Numbered from the stretch's first letter, positions 28,353 to 36,292 are shown. The stretch: 64,000 nt of DNA from Bacteroidales bacterium (GCA_036794825.1 DAIRGA010000015.1:38590-102589); one strand, 5' to 3'. The notes: generated by a model from the letters alone, not told the origin. Translations and numbers: made by a program.

Positions 28353-29576
28353 TTATTGTTTTGCTTCTGTGATGTTTAGCCTGAAAATCTTGTAAGCGGG
28401 GTAAATAAAAGTAATCATCGAAATCGCCAGCACTATCTGTGCTTGCGATACAAACACCTGAGGGTCGGCCGAAAATGGCATAACAGGCTCAAATCCATAG
28501 TCAATCATCGCCTGAGCCATCTCACCGGTAAGCTGGATAGGATGCAACCGAAACCAGATCACTACGGGAATTGAGGCTATCATTCCAGCAATCACCCCGA
28601 TAAAACTGATCATCAGCGTTTCGAAAAACGAAACTACCGCAAGCTGGCTTCTTTTCAGCCCAATCGAAATCAGCATGGCAAATTCCCGCTGCCGTTCTAT
28701 CATCATGGTGATGATGGTGCCGAATAGTCCGAACGCTATGACAATATAAAGTATCATAACCATTATTTTTGTACCTGCCTGGTCAAACTTCATCAGCTTC
28801 AACAGATCTGCCAGCAGGTTTTCCCAGGTGATTACATTGTACCATTCAGGGTCGGTCTTTTTAGCTATGGCTGCTGCAAGTTGATGAGTTTTATCAGGAT
28901 TTACCGGCATGATTATCAGTGAGGTAAGTCTATCATCAGCACCATAAAACCACTGTGCCCTGCTCAGCGACATGTAGATCGTGTTGTTGTTCATTTCCGG
29001 AATCTTCAGGTCAACGATACCTTTCACTGCAAATCTGCCTGCAGCGGTTGTTCCCTGGAACCCTTGTCCAAGAAGAATCAGCGTATCGCCCGTGTACCTT
29101 TTCAGAATTTCTGCCAACCCTTTGGCCAGTAATATCCCATCGTCGCCGGCTTGCAGGAACTCGCCACTGATTAGCTTTCTGTCCAGGTCGTTCATCGTAG
29201 TCTCGCTCATTGGGTCAATTCCCATAACCAGACTTCCGCGGGTCTGACTTTCGGTGGCGGCTAAGGCAAAATTCTGAATACGAGGAACGATGTAAGAAAT
29301 TTGATCGGAAAAACCGGCGAGCGTTTCCTTCAGTTCTTTGCTGTACAGCAGGCTGTTGTCTATCGAAGGCTCCTCCTCGTAAAGCACATCCTGCACCTGG
29401 ATATATCCTGTGCTCAGTTTCACCATGCTGTCAATCATCCGCTCGTAGGAACCATTTTCAAACGAGATAAAAACGATAGCCAGCAGCACAGCAAAAAGTA
29501 CCGAACTGATGGTGATCAAAGTTCGTTTCCGGTTCCGCCACAAATTACGCCACGCCAGTGTAAAAAGCATTTTCAT
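28353..29576 (-). CDS. ABC transporter permease, FtsX/MacB-periplasmic-domain type (paralogue)
   Basis: N-terminus AWRNLWRNRKRT and the same architecture and length (407 aa) as the neighbouring permease. Confidence 0.85.
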   Translation of the reverse strand: MKMLFTLAWRNLWRNRKRTLITISSVLFAVLLAIVFISFENGSYERMIDSMVKLSTGYIQVQDVLYEEEPSIDNSLLYSKELKETLAGFSDQISYIVPRIQNFALAATESQTRGSLVMGIDPMSETTMNDLDRKLISGEFLQAGDDGILLAKGLAEILKRYTGDTLILLGQGFQGTTAAGRFAVKGIVDLKIPEMNNNTIYMSLSRAQWFYGADDRLTSLIIMPVNPDKTHQLAAAIAKKTDPEWYNVITWENLLADLLKLMKFDQAGTKIMVMILYIVIAFGLFGTIITMMIERQREFAMLISIGLKRSQLAVVSFFETLMISFIGVIAGMIASIPVVIWFRLHPIQLTGEMAQAMIDYGFEPVMPFSADPQVFVSQAQIVLAISMITFIYPAYKIFRLNITEAKQ

Positions 29577-29584
29577 GGCGATAT

Positions 29585-30352
29585 TTATTTGACGGTTGTA
29601 AGATTCTGCATGGAGAAAAATGCTTCGGTCAGTTTTATTCCAAAATCAGCTTTGGTTGTGGTAACTATCGTGCTGTTGCCCGTTTTGTTTTCCGGGATCA
29701 TCTCCATGGTTGCCGGCAAAAGACGTCCGCCCATCCGGGTGAAATCCCTGAAATGCACTGTGTTGACCAATGCACCGGTTTCGTCGTAGTTCTGTACCTT
29801 TACGGGTAGCAAATACTCTGCATCAATCCGGTAAACCACACTTTCGTAAACTACTGGTGTGTCAGGTTTCGGCTTCAGCCCGATGATATGATAGTTGCGC
29901 CTGTCAATCACTTCGGCGCCAAGGTAGGTGTGGGTATAATCATTCACTATTGAGATTCCACGTACCAAATCATCGTTGGTAAAGTCCGATCCCATCCACG
30001 ACTGCGACATCATCGAAGGAGGCATTTTTACCGTCCGGTCAATAGTCGGAACATAATTCCAGATCTCATTTTTCCTTTTCAGAAAAGCAGTCCCATTATC
30101 TCTTGCTGGTGCAGTGACCACGATCAGCGAGTAATCGTTTCCCAGTGACCAGCCTTTCATTGTTATTTCCCTCGAATAGCGCGGACGCACCGTGGTCATG
30201 GTCATTTCGTTGTAGGAAGCCTCGCCACGCATGTTTTCATCCACCTGCCTGATGATAGCTGTTGCGTCCTGGCTCCTTGCTTCACGAAACGCCGTAAAAA
30301 TGCCCAGCGGGAGGATTAAAAGCAGAAGTGCCCTGTTAACTGAATTTTTCAT
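29585..30352 (-). CDS. LolA-like outer-membrane lipoprotein-sorting-family protein
   Basis: Has a signal peptide. The blocks IIRQVDENMRGEASYNEMTMTTVRP...FLKRKNEIWNYVPTIDRTVKMPPSMMSQSWMGSDFTNDDL match the LolA-like family that is usually encoded next to FtsX permeases. Confidence 0.7.
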   Translation of the reverse strand: MKNSVNRALLLLILPLGIFTAFREARSQDATAIIRQVDENMRGEASYNEMTMTTVRPRYSREITMKGWSLGNDYSLIVVTAPARDNGTAFLKRKNEIWNYVPTIDRTVKMPPSMMSQSWMGSDFTNDDLVRGISIVNDYTHTYLGAEVIDRRNYHIIGLKPKPDTPVVYESVVYRIDAEYLLPVKVQNYDETGALVNTVHFRDFTRMGGRLLPATMEMIPENKTGNSTIVTTTKADFGIKLTEAFFSMQNLTTVK

Positions 30353-30507
30353 AACCTCTTCTTATTTAAAGTAATAGAATGAATGAAAAGATTTCTCCGG
30401 ATAAGGCTGTATAAAAAATTAACCAAAGGAAATAAAAACTATTGTATCTTCAGCTACTAAAGGCAGGATTGTTCGGTTTTGTAATGAAAGAGTATCGCAG
30501 AAAGATA

Positions 30508-30541
30508 AATAAAAAAGCCTGAAAGTGCTCACTATCAGGCT
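30508..30541 (-). terminator. Candidate intrinsic terminator downstream of tRNA-Val
   Basis: On the minus strand the stem agcctga/tcaggct (plus coordinates 30516-30522 and 30535-30541) is followed by a T-rich run (plus-strand A-run 30510-30516). Confidence 0.5.
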
Positions 30542-30558
30542 GATGAATCATTTTTCTG

Positions 30559-30633
30559 TGGGCATTACTGGACTCGAACCAGTGACTTCCACCCTGTCAA
30601 GGTGACACTCTGAACCAACTGAGTTAAATGCCC
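30559..30633 (-). tRNA. tRNA-Val (anticodon GAC)
   Basis: Folded by hand as a cloverleaf from the reverse complement. Acceptor GGGCATT/AATGCCC, D-arm ACTC-AGTTGGTTCA-GAGT, anticodon stem TCACC/GGTGG with loop TTGACAG, T-arm ACTGG-TTCGAGT-CCAGT, discriminator A. CCA is not encoded. 75 nt. Confidence 0.9.
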
Positions 30634-30650
30634 GTACAATAAATCGGCTG

Positions 30651-30658
30651 CAAAAATA
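30651..30658 (-). promoter_or_regulatory. Candidate -7 box (TATTTTTG on the minus strand) for tRNA-Val
   Basis: Plus strand reads caaaaata. It lies 18 nt upstream of the tRNA 5-prime end. Confidence 0.45.
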
Positions 30659-30763
30659 GAGGATTTTTTTTTGGTGATCAATTTCCTGCCAAAAAAACCT
30701 TTGTCAGGTCACAGTTTTTACCATCACATCAACCAGGAAACATTTCCCAACAAACAGATACAT

Positions 30764-30771
30764 TATTTTTG
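30764..30771 (+). promoter_or_regulatory. Candidate -7 box TATTTTTG for flavodoxin
   Basis: Fits TAnnTTTG. It lies 93 nt upstream of ATG 30864. Confidence 0.3.
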
Positions 30772-30863
30772 CTGCCTCGCTTCCTTCTGAACAAAAAAAC
30801 CGTAACCCTGTTCTTTAAACGACTTGATAGTTTTCAGAAAAAAAAACATAATAAAAATTCATC

Positions 30864-31364
30864 ATGGCTAAAATCGGAATATTTTACGGTTCATCCACCG
30901 GCCACACCGAAAAAGTAGCAGAACTCATTGCCAGGTCGTTTGGCGACCAGGCCGTCCCCATAAATGTCTCTGACGCAACTGCCGAAGACCTGAAAAAATT
31001 CCCTTACCTCATCCTAGGCACATCCACCTGGGATATCGGCGGAATGCAGGACGACTGGGAAGATTTCATCGAAACCCTGCAAAACGCAGATTTGAAAACA
31101 AAAAAAGTAGCCCTCTTCGGCCTTGGCGACCAGGAAAACTTCCCCGACAGCTTTGCTGATGGCCCCGGTGTAATCTGGAAGGCAATTTCGGGCAAAACCA
31201 CTATCGTTGGTGAATGGCCAACAGAAGGTTATCAGTTCGACGAATCAGAAGCCGTGGTTGACGGTAAGTTCGTAGGGCTGGTAATTGACGAAGACAACCA
31301 GCCGAAACTCACCGCAGGCCGAATCAATGCCTGGGTGGATCAGCTTAAGAAGGATTTTAAGTAA
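30864..31364 (+). CDS. fldA: Flavodoxin (long-chain)
   Basis: MAKIGIFYGSSTGHTEKVAELIA is the FMN phosphate-binding loop. LILGTSTWDIG is also present. 166 aa. Confidence 0.9.
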   Translation: MAKIGIFYGSSTGHTEKVAELIARSFGDQAVPINVSDATAEDLKKFPYLILGTSTWDIGGMQDDWEDFIETLQNADLKTKKVALFGLGDQENFPDSFADGPGVIWKAISGKTTIVGEWPTEGYQFDESEAVVDGKFVGLVIDEDNQPKLTAGRINAWVDQLKKDFK

Positions 31365-31501
31365 TCATCCGTTCATTGGGGTCTACTTTCTATTTCTTGC
31401 TTGTTTTGGCAGAGTTTTCTGCTGAACGCATGCAAAGGAAAAGGATAAATGTCTCTCAAGGTCCGTAGGACTCCTTAGGTGTATTTTGTGGTCTATATAG
31501 G

Positions 31502-32575
31502 TCAGGGTGTTTCACCTGCAACTACCTCCAGTTCGTTCATTACCCCGGTTCGTATGACTTTCAGCGTCAGCTTTTTACCGATACAATCTTCAGTGAGCAG
31601 TTTATGCAGGTCATCAATCGAACCTACAGGATGACCGTTCATGCTGCAAAGTATATCTCCTTTGATCAGTGCGCTGTTTTCCACACCTGACCTGCTGTCA
31701 ATGCCACCTACATAAACACCGGTTTTCTTTGCCAGACCCAGCTGGGTCACAAGATGAACAGGCAGGTTTATGTTTTGCCCGATGATACCGAGGTATGCCC
31801 TTTTGATCTTGCCTTTTGCAAGTAATTCATTGGAAATGTACCTGGCGATGTTCGACGACACCGAGAAGCAAATTCCCTGTGCCTCCTTGATGATGGCGGT
31901 ATTAACGCCAATAACCTGACCCAGTGAGTTGAGCAGTGGCCCACCGGAACTGCCGGGGTTGATCGCTGCATCCGTCTGTATCACATCGTCAATCAGCCTG
32001 CCCGATTGCGTCCGCAACGTGCGCCCCAAAGCGCTTACAATTCCGGAGGTCACAGTGTGCTGAAATCCCAACGGGTTACCTATGGCAATGGCAATCTGTC
32101 CGGGCTGCAACCTGTCAGAATCGGCAAAAGTCAGAGGTTCAAGATGATCCGCCTTGATACCCAGCAGGGCAAGATCCGTTGCAGCATCGGCGCCAAGCAC
32201 TTCTGCCGTGTACTCCTTCCCGTCAGGAAGCGTCACCTGTATCGGATTTGCTTTGCTCACCACATGGTGATTAGTAAGGATTATACCGTTGGACGAAATC
32301 ACAAATCCTGAACCCATTGCAAACGGTTGCTGCAAATTTTGATACGGACTCACCGGCTGTGCCTGCCCAACCCTTATATTTACTACTGACTTTGATACCA
32401 ATTTAACCACCCCTATTATCGTGCGTGAATACTCATCCAGCAAATGCCCGTCGTCCAGCTGACCTTCAGTGCTTACATGTAAAAGTCGAAAATTATCTTC
32501 CATCGAATCCAAATTTGGATTCCATTGCCAAACACCAGGCCAAATCACCATCAATGCCAAACTGTCGCAAATCAT
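31502..32575 (-). CDS. Trypsin-like serine protease with C-terminal PDZ domain (HtrA/S1C family); start uncertain (ATG 32575 or 32503)
   Basis: His box ILTNHHVV and Ser box INPGSSGGPLL, with a PDZ-like C-terminus. There is no obvious signal peptide. The first 24 codons are W-rich and may be non-coding. Confidence 0.8.
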   Translation of the reverse strand: MICDSLALMVIWPGVWQWNPNLDSMEDNFRLLHVSTEGQLDDGHLLDEYSRTIIGVVKLVSKSVVNIRVGQAQPVSPYQNLQQPFAMGSGFVISSNGIILTNHHVVSKANPIQVTLPDGKEYTAEVLGADAATDLALLGIKADHLEPLTFADSDRLQPGQIAIAIGNPLGFQHTVTSGIVSALGRTLRTQSGRLIDDVIQTDAAINPGSSGGPLLNSLGQVIGVNTAIIKEAQGICFSVSSNIARYISNELLAKGKIKRAYLGIIGQNINLPVHLVTQLGLAKKTGVYVGGIDSRSGVENSALIKGDILCSMNGHPVGSIDDLHKLLTEDCIGKKLTLKVIRTGVMNELEVVAGETP

Positions 32576-32589
32576 TGTGGCAATATCTA

Positions 32590-32693
32590 CTCCACCACCC
32601 CATTACCCCTCGGCTCTGCGAGCGTAGCGACGCAGCCTCAGCCCATTCACCGATTCACCCATCGCCCCATTTTCCCAAAAATTTCAAAATGAC
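32590..32693 (-). repeat. Phased octamer array, C-rich on the plus strand (TGGGTGAA/TGGGGCGA type on the minus strand)
   Basis: Plus-strand octamers keep one phase: ctccacca|ccccatta|cccctcgg|ctctgcga|gcgtagcg|acgcagcc|tcagccca|ttcaccga|ttcaccca|tcgcccca|ttttccca|aaaatttc|aaaatgac. The reverse complement carries GGGTGAAT as in 25072-25113. Confidence 0.7.
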
Positions 32694-32780
32694 CATCCTT
32701 TAACTTCGGGAGCTAGTTCTTTTCCTTAAACGCCCGATGTGGTTATGCATTCTGTTTTCTCTTCCATCTCCAATTTTGGC

Positions 32781-32788
32781 TACTTTTG
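32781..32788 (+). promoter_or_regulatory. Candidate -7 box TACTTTTG for the phosphofructokinase gene
   Basis: Fits TAnnTTTG. It lies 27 nt upstream of ATG 32815 and inside the longer track ORF, which supports the shorter start. Confidence 0.45.
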
Positions 32789-32814
32789 CGCCGAATTTTA
32801 AACTAAATCAAATC

Positions 32815-34050
32815 ATGAAACCAACCATAGCAATACTTGCCGGAGGCGGACCTGCCCCCGGAATCAACACCGTAATCGGAACCATCGCCAAAGTGTTTCT
32901 TACAGGAGGATACAGGGTTCTTGGGCTGCATGGCGGCTTTCAGAGCCTCTTCATCCCAAATCCTGAAATGGATGAAATCAATTTTGAACATGCCGATAAT
33001 ATTCATAAACAGGGAGGATCAGCCATCAGGATGAGCCGCTACAAACCGAAGGATTCGGAGTTCAGTACCGATTTTTTTATCCGCGAAAATGTGAAATTGC
33101 TGGTTACTATTGGCGGCGATGACACTGCCTCAACAGCCAACCGGATTGCAAAATACCTTCAGGAGCATGCGGTGAAGATCCAGAACATCCACGTACCCAA
33201 AACCATTGACAACGATTTGCCGCTTCCCGAAGGCTCGCCCACTTTTGGCTACCAGTCGGCAAAACAGGAGGGCGTTCGCATTGCACAGACCGTTTACGAA
33301 GATGCCCGCACCAGCGGTAACTGGTTCATCGTTTCGGCAATGGGTCGCGAAGCCGGGCACCTCGCTTTCGGAATTGGGGCTGCCTGCCACTACCCGATGA
33401 TTATCATCCCGGAAATGTTTAACAAAACCGACCTCACCATCCGCAAGATTGTCCGCCTTATCATTTCGGCCATTCTCAAGAGGAAAGTTCTCGGAATCAC
33501 TTACGGCGCTGTAATCATCAGCGAAGGAGTATTCCACTTTATGTCTGATACTGAGATCGAATCCACAGGCATCAACTTCACCTACGACGAACATGGCCAC
33601 CCGGAGCTGGGAAATGTAAGCAAGGCCCACATTTTCAATATTCTCGTGCAGCGCGAACTGAAACGACTGAAACTGAACGTAAAGAGCCGCCCGGTGGAAA
33701 TCGGCTACGAGATCAGATGTGTGCAACCGGTTGCATTCGACCTGCTTTACTGTGCATTGCTTGGCATGGGAGTTAAAAAGCTCTTTGACCAGGGCGCCAC
33801 AGGTTGCATGGTTACCTCTGACCCCAACGGAGACATTTCACCGCTTTACCTGAAGGATGTGGAAGATGAAAAGGGAAAAGTCAGACCTCGCCTTGTCAAT
33901 ATCAACTCACAAAAGGCAAAACTCGTGTATGGATTCAACCACCAATACATCACCGAAGATGACTACGAGGCCGCCTCGAAATTTGTCGAAAATCCCGAAG
34001 AGTTTGATTTTTATAAAATCCTCGAGTGGGAAAAGATTGAAATTGTTTAA
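32815..34050 (+). CDS. pfp: 6-phosphofructokinase, probably pyrophosphate-dependent
   Basis: MKPTIAILAGGGPAPGINTVIG, TIGGDDTAST and PKTIDNDL motifs. GGDD rather than GGDG is the classic PPi-type discriminator. Confidence 0.85.
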   Translation: MKPTIAILAGGGPAPGINTVIGTIAKVFLTGGYRVLGLHGGFQSLFIPNPEMDEINFEHADNIHKQGGSAIRMSRYKPKDSEFSTDFFIRENVKLLVTIGGDDTASTANRIAKYLQEHAVKIQNIHVPKTIDNDLPLPEGSPTFGYQSAKQEGVRIAQTVYEDARTSGNWFIVSAMGREAGHLAFGIGAACHYPMIIIPEMFNKTDLTIRKIVRLIISAILKRKVLGITYGAVIISEGVFHFMSDTEIESTGINFTYDEHGHPELGNVSKAHIFNILVQRELKRLKLNVKSRPVEIGYEIRCVQPVAFDLLYCALLGMGVKKLFDQGATGCMVTSDPNGDISPLYLKDVEDEKGKVRPRLVNINSQKAKLVYGFNHQYITEDDYEAASKFVENPEEFDFYKILEWEKIEIV

Positions 34051-34062
34051 AATCAATTTGTT

Positions 34063-34437
34063 ATGAGTACATTGGGTAACCTTCTCTGGCTGATTCTGGG
34101 CGGCATTATCATAGCAATTGAATATCTGGTAGCAAGCCTCATCCTGATGATTACCATTATTGGAATTCCTTTTGGCCTGCAAACGTTAAAGATGGGAATG
34201 CTGGCGCTTTGGCCATTTGGTCGTACCACCGTGCAGCGAAAATCAACCACCGGCTGTCTTTCGACTTTGATGAACATCATCTGGATCTTTGCCGGGGGGA
34301 TTTGGATTGCCCTGAGTCATTTTGCCTTTGGGTTACTTCTGGCCATCACAATCATCGGGATTCCTTTTGCCCGTCAGCATTTCAAACTGGCTGGTCTGGC
34401 GCTCACTCCATTTGGAAGAGAGATTGTTCCGGCGTAG
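34063..34437 (+). CDS. yccF: YccF-domain inner membrane protein
   Basis: Two repeats of the ...IIGIPFG/A...K(L/M)...L.PFGR motif typical of YccF. 124 aa. Confidence 0.8.
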   Translation: MSTLGNLLWLILGGIIIAIEYLVASLILMITIIGIPFGLQTLKMGMLALWPFGRTTVQRKSTTGCLSTLMNIIWIFAGGIWIALSHFAFGLLLAITIIGIPFARQHFKLAGLALTPFGREIVPA

Positions 34438-34443
34438 GAAAAG

Positions 34444-34639
34444 AGTGGGCAGTTCCCAGTGGGCAGTGGGCAGTGGGCAGTGGGCCGTCCTCAGTAGGCA
34501 GGAAGAAGTAAGAAGTAAAAAGTAAGAAGTAAAAAGTAAAAAGCAATAAGTAAAACGTCGAGCGTCAAACATCGAATGCCGATCGCCAGACATCGAACGC
34601 CAAACGTCGAACGTCGAACGCCAAGCGTCGAACTCAAAA
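34444..34639 (+). repeat. 28 consecutive in-phase heptamers in three blocks: AGTGGGC-type (34444-34499), AGTAARA-type (34500-34555), CGYCRAA-type (34556-34639)
   Basis: Hand-phased with no indel across 196 nt. Block A: agtgggc agttccc agtgggc x4 cgtcctc agtaggc. Block B: aggaaga agtaaga agtaaaa agtaaga agtaaaa agtaaaa agcaata agtaaaa. Block C: cgtcgag cgtcaaa catcgaa tgccgat cgccaga catcgaa cgccaaa cgtcgaa cgtcgaa cgccaag cgtcgaa ctcaaaa. Confidence 0.9.
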
Positions 34640-34661
34640 TCCGGTTCAAAATGTCTTTGGA

Positions 34662-35027
34662 CTAATTTTCCTTTTCGGGTGGGATGCTGAGATTATCGAG
34701 TTCAAGTTTTAAATCGGAGAGAAAACCTCTTATTTTTTGTAACGACTTGACAATCTCTACTTTATCTATCGTATCAGCTTTGTTCTGATCGAGTTTTTCA
34801 CGGGCGCCTTTTAGTGTAAATCCACGCTCCTTAACCAGATGATAAATTACACGGAAATGCTCTACATCCTGAGGCGTAAATAGCCGGTTCCCTTTTTTAT
34901 TCTTTTTCGGTTGAATAATGTCGAACTCCTTTTCCCAAAACCTGATCAGCGACGGACTGACATCAAACATACCGGCCACTTCGCCAATTTTATAATACAT
35001 CTTTTCGACTGTGGGGGCTTTTGCCAT
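34662..35027 (-). CDS. MerR-family transcriptional regulator
   Basis: YKIGEVAGMFDVSPSLIRFWEKEF is a helix-turn-helix of MerR type. 121 aa. Confidence 0.85.
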   Translation of the reverse strand: MAKAPTVEKMYYKIGEVAGMFDVSPSLIRFWEKEFDIIQPKKNKKGNRLFTPQDVEHFRVIYHLVKERGFTLKGAREKLDQNKADTIDKVEIVKSLQKIRGFLSDLKLELDNLSIPPEKEN

Positions 35028-35180
35028 AAGGGAGGAGGTTTATTTCAAAGTTGGAGCAGCCAGATTATTTTAAATTTCAAATGTCAATTCACTCCATTCA
35101 AAGTCCTTCGGACAAATGTCAAAGAAATCGCATATTCAAAAAATCAAATTAAATCAATTTCAGCGAGTTAGATTCTTTTT

Positions 35181-35247
35181 GTGTTTGAATTTTTGACCAT
35201 TTGAGCTTTGAACTTTTGAATTTGTTTGGTATTTGAGTTTTGTTTAT
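35181..35247 (-). repeat. About 8-nt periodic CAAA-containing array (minus strand) starting 6 nt after the M23 peptidase stop
   Basis: Plus-strand TTTG(A) starts at 35184, 35192, 35200, 35207, 35215, 35221, 35225, 35232 and 35238. Minus strand reads caaaactcaaataccaaacaaattcaaaagttcaaagctcaaatggtcaaaaattcaaacac. Confidence 0.65.
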
Positions 35248-35252
35248 GTAGA

Positions 35253-36224
35253 TTAATCCATTGATTGAGATGGCCTTGAGGAATACTCGATCATTCGTTG
35301 ATAGTCTTCCGGAGTTATGTCATTGAAGAAGAAGTTGATCGGATTGATGGCCCTGCCGTTCTTACGTACTTCGTAGTGGAGGTGCGGACCGCTTGATTTT
35401 CCGGTGTTTCCCACCGTTGCGATCACTTCGCCGCGTTTTACCTTCTGCCCGGGCTTTACTTTGATATCCTTGCAATGCGCATAAAAAGTGGCGTAACCAA
35501 ACCCGTGATCTATTAAAAGATTGTTCCCGTAATGGCTTTTTCCTTTTTCGACAAACCCGATAGTGCCGTCGCCTGTAGCGTAGATTTTGGTTCCCACCGG
35601 CGCCGAAAAGTCCACTCCTTCGTGCATCTTCATCACCTTATAAAATGGATCAATCCGGTACCCGAAGTAGGATGAAATCAGACGGATGTCTTTGGTATTA
35701 ACGGGCTGAATGGCTGGTATAGAGGCAAGGAACTGGGCTTTGTTTTTTGCCATCTCGAACACTTCGTCGAACGATTTGGATTGAACCACAAGTTGCCCGG
35801 TCAACTGATCCAATTTTTCGGTGGTACTTACCAGCAGCTTGGAGTAGAGATATCCATCGAGCTTGGCATAACGGTCAACTCCCCCAAAACCTGCTTTCCG
35901 CACCGAGCTTGGTACTGGCTCAGCTTCGAAGATGACGCGGTAAATATTGTCGTCCCGCTCCTGCAGATCCTGAACTACTTTATTCACTTGGTCAAGGCGG
36001 TCGTTAAGCAGGCGGTACTGAAATTCCATGTGCGAAAGTTCGCGCTTCAGGTAGCGTTCTTTTGGCGAATCGTGGTAGCTGTAAGCTACAGCAAGCACGG
36101 CAATGGCATAAAGCGCTGCGGCAAAAAGATAAAGAAGAACTTTCCTGACTTTCTTTCTGAACGGGTACTTTACGATTTCAAAGGTGATGGTTACAGGATC
36201 GAAATGATACTTGGCTTTTCCCAT
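35253..36224 (-). CDS. M23-family metallopeptidase with N-terminal membrane anchor and coiled-coil
   Basis: HEGVDFSAP and GNTGKSSGPHLHYEV are the zinc-ligand motifs of M23/LytM. Confidence 0.88.
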   Translation of the reverse strand: MGKAKYHFDPVTITFEIVKYPFRKKVRKVLLYLFAAALYAIAVLAVAYSYHDSPKERYLKRELSHMEFQYRLLNDRLDQVNKVVQDLQERDDNIYRVIFEAEPVPSSVRKAGFGGVDRYAKLDGYLYSKLLVSTTEKLDQLTGQLVVQSKSFDEVFEMAKNKAQFLASIPAIQPVNTKDIRLISSYFGYRIDPFYKVMKMHEGVDFSAPVGTKIYATGDGTIGFVEKGKSHYGNNLLIDHGFGYATFYAHCKDIKVKPGQKVKRGEVIATVGNTGKSSGPHLHYEVRKNGRAINPINFFFNDITPEDYQRMIEYSSRPSQSMD

Positions 36225-36265
36225 ATGAATCGTTTACAAAATAGATTGATTACCTTAACAGTCGG

Positions 36266-36273
36266 CAAAATTA
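36266..36273 (-). promoter_or_regulatory. Candidate -7 box (TAATTTTG on the minus strand) for the M23 peptidase gene
   Basis: Plus strand reads caaaatta. It lies 42 nt upstream of ATG 36224. Confidence 0.4.
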
Positions 36274-36284
36274 GCCAAAAAAAC

Positions 36285-36292
36285 TAATTTTG
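36285..36292 (+). promoter_or_regulatory. Candidate -7 box TAATTTTG for alaS
   Basis: Fits TAnnTTTG. It lies 51 nt upstream of ATG 36343, back-to-back with the divergent box at 36266. Confidence 0.45.

Noticed and set aside
30353-30863. tRNA-Val as a possible integration site for a genomic island.
   Set aside because: There is no integrase, no direct repeat of the tRNA 3-prime end, and no foreign-looking genes on either side. The flanks are a transport operon and flavodoxin.
34209-34593. Track ORFs 34209-34511, 34322-34525 (+) and 34333-34593 (-) spanning the heptamer array.
   Set aside because: Their products are just translations of the 7-nt repeats (for example SQWAVGSGQWAV and LLLTSYFLLLTS). 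A 7-nt period is incompatible with selection on a reading frame.
34444-34639. Possible CRISPR array, considered because of the regular short repeats here and at 25072 and 32590.
   Set aside because: The units are 7-8 nt and directly abut each other with no spacers. There are no cas genes in the window. This is not CRISPR architecture.
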